From contig BFEA01000039.1 of NCBI GenBank assembly GCA_003427395.1, positions 1,852,779-1,916,778 on the forward strand: a stretch of 64,000 bases of DNA, read 5' to 3'. The position numbers and the translations under genes were made by a program. The notes under the pieces are model-generated. The model worked only from the letters and a program-made list of their open reading frames with translations. It searched no databases and was not told where the DNA came from. This document shows, one piece after another, positions 59,275 through 64,000 of this stretch. Position 1 is the first letter of the stretch. Each line of letters starts with the position of its first letter. The DNA comes from Chara braunii (Eukaryota; Plantae; Charophyceae).

Positions 59275-60405
59275 AGGGACCTTCCGTGGTCCTTGCCCCA
59301 CCAGGCGGCCTGTTTTATAACACAACAGTAGACTGAGGGTTGCCTCTTGGAATATCCGGGGGGGGGCTGGTCGAGTCATGTGGCCAACCACCACAAAGAA
59401 ATCCGGGAACTGAGTTTGACAATTGCAAGTGCGCTTGTCCACGCAGAACTTGTTGTTGTTGTTTTTTCCTTTCAGAAAGTGTGTAGGAACAGGCAAAAAC
59501 CAGGGACTGCTCAACTCCTTCCACTACTACGTAAATCGCTAATTTGGTACTTAGGGCATCCCCGCACGGGACACGAAACGAAAAACGAAATGAGTGCATC
59601 TTCCTGCAGAAAATGGCCAGGTTCATGGGTTTGCTATAAATCGTAACGAGTGTATTTTGCCACCTTTCCTAGGCAGATGCACTCGTTTCGTTTTCGTTTC
59701 GTGTGCCGTGCGGCGAGACCCTTACTCATACTAGCCTTATGCATATGTTTTGTTTCATTTCTCTCCAAGTTTTGATCAATTTTCCAGTTGGAAGTAAATC
59801 GCAACTTTGATTCTCGCCTTTTTCTAGTGTACTGCACTTCATCTTTCTTGTTTTTTTCAATTTTTTGTTCATTTTTCCAGTACTATGTAATTTCTCGATT
59901 TACGTGTTGTCATCCTTACGTGTTGTCATCCTTGCGCAAGGGCCATGCTAATCTATCTTTTTCTGTATCGTTCCAGTTTTAACGGATATTTCCAGTGATG
60001 GATTTTCATTTCAAATTGTTGTCTAGACTTCTTACCAATGTGAGACGATCGTAACACTGTATATAACGTGCGTGTTTTTGGTAATCTAAGAGCTCGCGTC
60101 TTTCTCTGAATTTCAAAAGCTTTGATAACGATCACTATTTTTGCAGTTTAATTCTAGAAGTCAACTTCTTCAGATCTTCTTGTAATTTAATGCAAATGAG
60201 ACTGCTATGGTGCTACCGGCCACACTCTTGACACACTCTTTTTTTCACAAGTTCATCGCGTTGATGTTGTTATCGTTGTTGTTTGTTTTGTTTTGCGCGT
60301 TCGGCTTTCCGACAGATCGAGAATGGGATGCTGACTGCCACCATGAAGATGAAGAGAGATGTTATTTCGGATAAATATGCGGACAAGATAAAAGCTCTTT
60401 TTTGA
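1773..60405 (+). CDS. Multi-exon gene (5'-partial): long-chain acyl-activating enzyme, AAE15/AAE16-like (AMP-binding; acyl-ACP/acyl-CoA synthetase)
   Basis: 17 exons with AG/GT borders and matching phases sum to 1845 nt. Motifs: [103 protein letters not shown]15 vs AAE16 cannot be resolved. Confidence 0.93.
2078..2233 (-). mobile_element. tRNA-derived SINE family A (tRNA-Phe-like head); other copies ~12995-13162(-), 16800-16976(-), 26187-26341(+), 38265-38390(+), 53613-53772(-)
   Basis: Shared GGCCTAGCTCAGTTGGTACACC A-box, CTGTTGAAATACAG anticodon-like arm, GTTCGAATCC-like B-box, TCTGAATTACCTAGGGCCGGTCAGTT body and A-tail. Confidence 0.8.
2794..2881 (+). CDS. AAE exon ([29 protein letters not shown])
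   Basis: TAG acceptor, GTAGGT donor; phase-compatible; matches the VRG...EL..I..HS segment. Confidence 0.88.
3370..5960. repeat. AT-rich degenerate satellite/foldback array, including a ~135-bp near-exact triplication (5206-5610)
   Basis: Recurrent TATGTACATAGTTTGATACTCAATACAT in alternating orientations. Confidence 0.85.
4746..4905 (-). mobile_element. Poly(A)-tailed non-LTR 3'-end/SINE family B; related copies ~6830-6900, 11143-11326, 12895-12945, 19737-19835, 29450-29592, 31230-31295, 56894-56990
   Basis: Shared GGCTCCTTCTATTCTGGGGAGCGTCAGTCCGGTTCCTATTCCACCGGCAAGTC core, mostly next to T-runs. Confidence 0.7.
6423..6640 (+). CDS. AAE exon ([16 protein letters not shown]...AVTNRA)
   Basis: Pyrimidine tract plus AG, GT at 6641; phase-compatible. 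Confidence 0.85.
7020..7533. repeat. Tandem duplication of a ~265-bp unit
   Basis: 7020-7268 is nearly identical to 7290-7533. Confidence 0.9.
8099..8389 (-). CDS. Putative 96-aa signal-peptide-bearing ORF, antisense within an intron
   Basis: [22 protein letters not shown] hydrophobic leader ending A-x-A, GC-rich, three Cys; no recognised homolog. Confidence 0.3.
   Translation of the reverse strand: MEHTAWLRLVLSLVFLGATASASHGHRAQLLLQQRCRIGTMLECASLGGLRSFVLAGDPGEAVPRLRPVPVSCARALPEEYAGPVPATNSRAGPTG
9036..10951. mobile_element. Non-autonomous element with ~125-bp terminal inverted repeats, an internal ~205-bp direct repeat and captured sequence
   Basis: 9036-9160 is inverted vs 10830-10951; 9099-9304 is a direct repeat of 10577-10783; no clear TSD. 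Confidence 0.7.
10274..10448 (-). pseudogene. rrn18: Mitochondrial SSU rRNA (rrn18) fragment, NUMT
   Basis: GCTGCCTCCCGTAGGAGT plus plant-mitochondrial-type GATCATCCGAAAAGACCAGCTAAGCATC and CTCATCAAACAGC. Confidence 0.85.
12234..12349 (+). CDS. AAE exon with AMP-binding P-loop ([29 protein letters not shown])
   Basis: CAG acceptor, GTAGGC donor; signature motif. Confidence 0.95.
13485..13740. repeat. Tandem duplication of a ~133-bp unit
   Basis: GTGGCATTTATAAGAAA...CCACCGTTCTTGTCCACCTC occurs twice. Confidence 0.85.
14126..14222. mobile_element. Tc1/mariner-type palindromic MITE (TA TSD); copies 20112-20208, ~24500-24595, ~49990-50097, 52132-52236, 53015-53121, 55537-55655
   Basis: TIR CC(G/T)TCTTCCCCCGAATACAAC...GTTGTATTCGGGGGAAGAAGG flanked by TA. 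Confidence 0.85.
14302..14487. mobile_element. TTAA-type (piggyBac-like) MITE, TIR ACCACCAGTAC
   Basis: ACCACCAGTAC...GTACTGGTGGT termini with degenerate TTAA flanks. Confidence 0.7.
14735..15116 (+). pseudogene. Nuclear 18S rRNA fragment (V4-V5 region) with poly(A) tail, retroposed
   Basis: TTACTTTGAAAAAATTAGAGTGTTCAAAGCAGGC, GTCAGAGGTGAAATTCTTGGATTT and ATTAATCAAGAACGAAAGT, then an A-run at 15088-15116. Confidence 0.92.
15363..15445 (+). CDS. AAE exon ([27 protein letters not shown])
   Basis: CAG acceptor; donor GTATCCTC. Confidence 0.9.
15473..15850. repeat. CT-rich low-complexity tract with duplicated CAGAGGACATTCCCTCTCCC
   Basis: Directly visible. Confidence 0.85.
16437..16503 (+). 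CDS. AAE exon ([23 protein letters not shown])
   Basis: TAG acceptor, GTTAGT donor; completes ERSAEY. Confidence 0.88.
16636..16746 (+). pseudogene. U6 snRNA-derived copy 1 (near full length)
   Basis: AAAATTGGAACGATACAGAGAAGAGTAGCATTGCCCCTGCGCAAGGATGACAC. Confidence 0.92.
17977..18102. repeat. 48-bp tandem repeat (~2.6 copies)
   Basis: GCTAGCGCCTAATCCAGGATCCCACGAAGGATCCCACGAAGGCGCGAA. Confidence 0.9.
18326..18726. mobile_element. PIF/Harbinger-type MITE (TTA TSD)
   Basis: TTA-GGGCG...CGCCC-TTA, with internal TCCTCGG/CCGAGGA subterminal motifs. Confidence 0.7.
19046..19283. mobile_element. TTAA-type MITE, long palindrome
   Basis: ACCACCAGTACATTTCCCAGCCATTTTT pairs with AAAAATGGCTGGGAAACCTACTGGTGGT. 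Confidence 0.8.
20539..20606 (+). CDS. AAE exon ([22 protein letters not shown])
   Basis: GCAG acceptor, GTAAGG donor. Confidence 0.9.
20764..20801. other. Nextera mate-pair junction adapter (assembly artefact)
   Basis: Exact CTGTCTCTTATACACATCT-AGATGTGTATAAGAGACAG beside a gap. Confidence 0.97.
21529..22040. mobile_element. Mutator-like (MULE) MITE
   Basis: ~75-bp TIRs starting GGGAAAATTGCATCTGTA; 9-bp TSD ATAAAAATA/ATAAAAGTA. Confidence 0.85.
22539..22644 (+). CDS. AAE exon ([35 protein letters not shown])
   Basis: GCAG acceptor, GTAAGG donor. Confidence 0.88.
24649..24690 (-). pseudogene. atp1: Short mitochondrial atp1 fragment ([14 protein letters not shown])
   Basis: Matches the F1-alpha motif [15 protein letters not shown]. 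Confidence 0.7.
24797..25190 (-). pseudogene. cob: NUMT: 3' part of a group II intron plus the adjacent cob exon ([11 protein letters not shown])
   Basis: Domain V GAGCCGTATGATAGGTGACTATCTCGTATGGTTC, intron end CTCTAT, then the cytochrome b motif; the 25190 boundary is approximate. Confidence 0.85.
25537..25974 (+). mobile_element. Probable LTR-retrotransposon-derived fragment
   Basis: Starts TGTTATGCC (TG LTR-like end); abrupt GC-rich block with a coding-like frame; no partner LTR seen. Confidence 0.35.
26741..26899 (+). CDS. AAE exon (GLAIAVSRQ...[18 protein letters not shown])
   Basis: GCAG acceptor, GTAATT donor; LVY.KIR motif. Confidence 0.88.
27247..27375. repeat. 39-bp tandem repeat
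   Basis: GGACAAAGAGTCCTTGTGTGTCAGCCGTGCCAGAGTGGTT. Confidence 0.85.
27581..28107. repeat. Tandem duplication of a ~263-bp unit
   Basis: ATGCTTCACCATGCAAGCACACAGGAAGCGG...CACGGAATCG occurs twice. Confidence 0.9.
29722..29775 (+). CDS. AAE exon ([18 protein letters not shown])
   Basis: CAG acceptor, GTAGAT donor. Confidence 0.92.
31471..32125. mobile_element. Three adjacent TTAA-type MITEs (31471-31663, 31668-31984, 31989-32125) inside a tRNA-derived SINE head; a fourth copy at 32361-32562
   Basis: TTAA at 31467, 31664, 31985 and 32126 separates units bounded by ACCACCA...TGG(T/C)GGT. Confidence 0.85.
33001..33084 (+). CDS. AAE exon ([28 protein letters not shown])
   Basis: Poly-T tract plus AG, GTAAGG donor; GYGLTE motif. 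Confidence 0.92.
33418..33490 (+). pseudogene. U6 snRNA-derived copy 2 (3'-truncated, A-rich tail)
   Basis: GTCCTTCGGGACATCCGTTAAACAATTGGAAGGATACAGAGAAGAG...GCAAGGATGACA. Confidence 0.88.
34130..34167. other. Nextera mate-pair junction adapter (assembly artefact)
   Basis: Exact back-to-back Tn5 mosaic ends near a gap. Confidence 0.97.
36369..36506 (+). CDS. AAE exon ([19 protein letters not shown]...[11 protein letters not shown])
   Basis: GCAG acceptor, GT at 36507. Confidence 0.93.
37693..38067 (-). mobile_element. tRNA-derived SINE family C (~370 bp); second copy 50804-51222 (+)
   Basis: GCCTAGCTCAGTTGGCAAGGCACGCAAG head, GTTCAATCCC-like B-box and a colinear structured body. Confidence 0.85.
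38122..38223 (-). pseudogene. U6 snRNA-derived copy 3 (full length, A-tail)
   Basis: Reverse complement runs GTCCTTGGGAATATCC...GAGAAATGATCCAAATT. Confidence 0.85.
38582..38741 (+). CDS. AAE exon ([22 protein letters not shown]...[12 protein letters not shown])
   Basis: CAG acceptor, GTAATG donor; TGD motif. Confidence 0.94.
39441..39828. mobile_element. hAT-type MITE
   Basis: TGTTACCA...TGGTAACA termini; exact 8-bp TSD GTAATTAG; related left end at ~63565. Confidence 0.85.
42373..45055 (+). pseudogene. LINE ORF1 remnants (zinc knuckle [14 protein letters not shown], low-complexity linker, 212-aa C-terminal block)
   Basis: Consecutive frames 42373-42780, 42796-43347, 43497-44444 and 44417-45055, broken by stops and frameshifts. 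Confidence 0.75.
45034..49259 (+). pseudogene. LINE ORF2: AP endonuclease, reverse transcriptase, C-terminal zinc finger; disrupted
   Basis: TWNVRG, QETK, VYAP, GDWN, LDFF, SDHK; [13 protein letters not shown]; CSRC...H...C. Frameshift near 46668 and stop at 48261-48263. Confidence 0.95.
52301..52380 (+). CDS. AAE exon ([27 protein letters not shown])
   Basis: GCAG acceptor, GTCGGT donor. Confidence 0.92.
52720..52784 (+). pseudogene. U6 snRNA-derived copy 4 (3'-truncated, least diverged)
   Basis: GTCCTTCGGGACATCCATTAAAATTGGAACGATACAGAGAAGATTAGTATGGCCCCTGCGCAA. Confidence 0.92.
54160..55520 (+). pseudogene. Highly degenerate LINE ORF2 relic
   Basis: [37 protein letters not shown]...[17 protein letters not shown]. 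Confidence 0.8.
55775..55848 (+). mobile_element. tRNA-like SINE head family D; second copy ~11060-11137 (-)
   Basis: Shared TTGAACACCGGGTCACAGTTGCAG(T/C)GGT with degenerate anticodon arm and B-box. Confidence 0.6.
56252..56359 (+). pseudogene. U2 snRNA retropseudogene (5' 85 nt plus poly(A))
   Basis: ATACCTTTCTCGGCCTTTTGGCTAGGATCAAGTG; TSD GAGCAATTAG (56242-56251) / GAGCAACTAG (56360-56369). Confidence 0.93.
56557..56702 (+). CDS. AAE exon ([16 protein letters not shown]...LIRQELRK)
   Basis: GCAG acceptor, GTAACA donor. Confidence 0.9.
56985..57710. repeat. Degenerate ~33-bp satellite (CTAATCTCCTATGCTATTCCCAACTGTTCCCAA)
   Basis: Directly visible periodicity. Confidence 0.85.
58913..58985 (+). 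CDS. AAE exon ([24 protein letters not shown])
   Basis: CAG acceptor, GTGAGT donor. Confidence 0.9.
59554..59721. mobile_element. PIF/Harbinger-type palindromic MITE (TTA TSD)
   Basis: TTA-GGG...CCC-TTA; arms CCGCACGG..CACGAAACGAAAAACGAAATGAGTGCATC and its complement. Confidence 0.8.
59890..59993 (-). pseudogene. U6 snRNA-derived copy 5 (internal ~16-bp duplication, A-rich tail)
   Basis: GTCATCCTTGCGCAAGGGCCATGCTAATCTATCTTTTTCTGTATCGTTCCAGTTTT on the + strand. Confidence 0.9.
60316..60405 (+). CDS. AAE terminal exon ([29 protein letters not shown])
   Basis: CAG acceptor, TGA at 60403-60405. Confidence 0.93.
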   Translation: MENGMLTATMKMKRDVISDKYADKIKALF

Positions 60406-62169
60406 GTGACAAAAAGTGACATACTTGGGACACTGGTCACTGGTGGAACTCGGGAACTCCAGTCTCGCTGGAACTTGGAACTTGGGACCACCATACTTGT
60501 TGTGAAAGGTGGCACTCTCTCAGCTGCTACCCCCTGCCCCCCTGCTATGAGTCTCTGCCCATCCATTGGCTTTTCCAGGTTTTTTTTCCCCTTTTTCTTT
60601 TGTTAAATAGCCCGGACAATTCACTGTGTAATATTGTGTATGTGCTTTTGGATCGTTTGCTCTCTCTGTGCTGTGATGGGACCAGAAGCTCATCTGACAC
60701 AGTCTGACGGTTTCTGGTCAGGCGATCACAGCCAGCTTGATTTCCTTGTATTGATTTTGTATGATTATTAGTTTATGCGTAAATAACTTATCTTCCAAAC
60801 AAGCCGTTGGGAACGCCTGTTCCCGCTGATTCTGTCTATAGACATGTTGGGGAGTTGTTTGTGCGCCCATCGGTGCCTTCCTACCACTTTACAACCTAGG
60901 TTTCGCTGGTCCTAGCTGGGTTGGGTGGGGCCCACCAGCTGGGACAAGTCATGTTGCCCTGCTCCCCTGCCAAACTGTGTCACTCTAGTGAAACCAACTT
61001 CATGTGTCCCAGCTGGTGGGGCCCACCAGCTGGGACAAGTCGTAACACACGGATTTTCATGTACGCTAACGTTAGCTAGCCTCCATGACTATTCCTTGGA
61101 TTGACTATTAGTCTCTTCTGCTATTTGGCTTTGACTGCCTACCTGCGTCGCTCCTTGCGCGCTGTATGCTGATGAGACTGCTTGTGCATACTGGCAAAGA
61201 ATTCAAAAAATCCATGACCTTATTTCCCCTCGACTGCGGGAAAGACCTAATTATACCCCTTGTGCACGCCTCATGCAGTGCTCGTCAATCGTTGCACATC
61301 TCCGGGCAAAGGCAAACAACTCTGGCGAGGTCCGTCTGCACGCTCCACATCAGCGTCTTCGAGTCCTTAACTCCAGCGATGAAGAAGCTATATGTGTGCC
61401 TTTTTTGCTTAGTACCTTCTGCTCGAGGACAGTCAATGACCTTCTCTTTCTCTCTGCGGAAAGTCGGCCCCACATCCGAGTCTAGTTGAGCCCGCCTCAG
61501 GGAGGCCAATTACCTTCACTGCTAGGTCCAGTGAAGAAGAGAAGGAAGCTATCGGGTCTCCTTCCGCACCTCATGTCCACAAGCGCATTTCATGCAGCTC
61601 AGCTCCGCGCGCGACAATGCTGTGCACCCTCTTCTCCCCGGTACTCTGCTTGCACTGTACGCGCCTATACAAGCCTCTTTTTTTTTTCTTTTTTTTTCAG
61701 TTCCTCTGGGCAACCGCAGGCGAAATTCCGAAAAATGACTTTTTTGGCTTAGGCAATGAAGAGAAGGGTTGCAGGAAAGAGTTTCCGGAAAAAGGGTTTC
61801 TCCATTTCGCTCCCTGGCAATTCCTGCAAATTTTTGAAAGACTCCCTGGCAATTCCTGCAAATTTTTGAAAGACTAAGTTCTCTTGAGTTGGGCCGTACT
61901 GGTTGACATGGAAAAGCGGACGCAAAGAGTGCTTGCTAGGGGAACGGCAGCTTATATAGCTGTCGTCTCCAGTGCTACTAAGATTAATTGAGGGAGTGCA
62001 GAGGAGGGAGAAGAGTGGACCTCGTCGTCCTCCTCGTGATGAGGAGGCCATCAAATGTTCAGCACATGGCGGTGCATTTGGGGCTGTTGTGCGCATCAAC
62101 AAGTACAGGTCCCAAGATGCTCGCTGCGGAAAGTTGGGCCCACATGTTAGCTGAGTGGTGCCGACAATG

Positions 62170-62575
62170 TAGTCGGGGGGAACTTGGGATTGGGTCCACT
62201 TGGGCGCACAATGTGGTTGGGCGGAACTTCGGCTCAGGGGCGCAATTTATTTGGGCAGAACTTGCGCTTGGGCTCACAGTCTAGTCGGGCGGAGCCTGGG
62301 CTTGGGCATACAATTTCGTCGGGCGGAAATTGGGCTTGGGTGCATAGTTTCATCGGGCGGAACTTGAGTTGGGACTCGGGAACATAATTTCCTCGGGCGG
62401 ACTTGGGCTTCGGGGCACAGATCCATTGGCCGGAATTTTTGTTTGGGTGCGTCGATCAGTTGGGCGCGACTTGGGCTTGGGTGCACAGTTTAACTGCAGT
62501 GCAGTGGTGGGAGGAACTTGGGATTGGACGCACAATTCAGATGGGCCCACAATTCAGTTGTGGCTACACAATTGA
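62170..62575. repeat. Degenerate ~38-bp GC-rich tandem array (GGGCGGAACTTGGGCTTGGGCGCACAATT)
   Basis: About ten diverged units. Confidence 0.8.
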
Positions 62576-63633
62576 CTGCCGTACAAACATCTGCTGCAGC
62601 GCCATTCAGGTACCTTATGTTGGTGGCCAAGAACTTGCAACGAGGTCCTGGTGAGAATTACAAAACCGGCGCTTCTCTCACGCTCAATCGTGCATCAACG
62701 GACTGAACACATTGAAAACTGGAAGAAAGATCGGCGGCGGAGCCTGTGAGCCTGTGAGGAGAGTGTGAAACCATAAGATCTTGAGTGGACGTCAGCTCGT
62801 CACAGCAGTTAGAAAGTAGCGGTAGAGAAATTGCACAATGCTGTCTCCATTAGCACGGACTCAGAACACTCGGACTGAGCACAATCTTAAATCTTACTTG
62901 CTGCAGGCGGGCTTCCAGGGCTTGCGACAAGTTCATGGGTTGGTTTCATGTCCTTATTTTTGCATGGTTTGCAGGTTCAGCATGGCAGTTTTTTGCACTT
63001 CTTTTAAGTTCTTTTTCTTTTTTTTTGCACTTTTTGTATCATACTCGCCAAGAATAGCGCACTCTCTGTAACCATGGAATGGATCGTTTTCTGGTGAGTC
63101 GTGGTGGGACTCTGTTCTGCAAATACTTTGACTTTTGCGCGAACATTGTATTTCAATTGTTATGTAATATATATGCAGTATGTACATCACGTCACTTTTA
63201 TTTTCATTTTTGGTTTTTGCAATTTTTGTTCTGCTTTTGTTTCCCCTTTTTTTCTGTTTTTTCGAATGCATCCATTTTCATTTTCTTAGTGCAGATATGT
63301 GTCCTAGTGTTGGTAGAGTTCTTTCAAACTGGATATCCTCCATGGCTGAGAGGGAGAGAGACTAAAAAGAGGGTCGGGAGGGGGGGGAGGGACGGCTGTG
63401 TTGAACTCTCCACCTTTCTTTTTGGCGGGGGGGGGGGGGGGGGTCAAGAAAAGGTGTTGCTCACGGGTTGTTTGTTTTCAACTTTTCAGTCCATTGGCTG
63501 TGAACTACTAACCAAATTTGGAAAAAATTGAAAATTAGGATTATGGTGTGGCAAAGTTGCAAACTATGTTACCAGAGTGGCCCGCAAGGCCGGGACCACT
63601 TGCCCGGGCAGGCCAAAAAAAAATGAAATATTC

Positions 63634-63947
63634 AGCCTCCTGATGAGTCGGTGAAACTCCGACGAAACAGTTTGTCACAGCCCCTTGTTGTCCTCTTCTC
63701 CCTCTCTGCCTACAGTTTACCGGGCAGTTCTATTTGACGATATATACTACGACTTCGCTAGCTTCCTGCTACGGTTTTCTCCGGTCAGGTCGAGTGGCAG
63801 TGGTCGGGGCCGTCACTACGCAGCCATGCTGTGCCTCTAGTGCCAGCGGCGTGTCTGGAGTGTTTTTTGGCTGTGACAGACCTTTCTTTGTTTCGTGGGT
63901 GTTTTGCTGGCTTGTGATGGGGTGTGAACCGACAGTCTGTAGAGTTT
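63634..63947 (+). ncRNA. Hammerhead ribozyme motif (type I-like)
   Basis: CTGATGA (63640-63646), stem II GTCGG/CCGAC, GAAA; stem III ACAGTTTGTC pairs with GACAGTCTGT (63931-63940), then A-GAG pairing with CTC. Confidence 0.65.
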
Positions 63948-64000
63948 TCCATCTGGTGTGGGTGAGTGATAGTCTACTTTGATTTTGGTTAAGGTGGATT

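Overview
Eukaryotic nuclear DNA, repeat-rich, with assembly gaps. A charophyte alga such as Chara is likely; this is inferred from the very long TE-filled introns and a mitochondrial cob group II intron fragment. The backbone is one + strand gene for a long-chain acyl-activating enzyme of the AAE15/AAE16 (cyanobacterial Aas-like) type. Seventeen GT-AG exons (1773-60405) join in frame to 1845 nt (614 aa plus stop); the 5' exons lie upstream of the window. The introns hold a decayed near-full-length L1-clade LINE with an apparent 3' transduction, nested in a Harbinger MITE, and a second LINE relic. They also hold several tRNA-derived SINE families and MITEs with TA, TTA, TTAA, 8-bp and 9-bp target duplications. 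Mitochondrial insertions (rrn18, cob intron/exon, atp1) and many retroposed structural RNAs (five U6, one U2, one poly(A)-tailed 18S fragment) are present. Top leads are: a hammerhead ribozyme core near 63.6-63.9 kb closed by a long-range stem III; U6 copies sharing derived variants, suggesting a U6-derived SINE-like family; a tandem stack of TTAA MITEs in the anticodon loop of a tRNA-Lys-like SINE head; and a candidate U12-type intron. Two Nextera junction adapters mark local mis-assembly.
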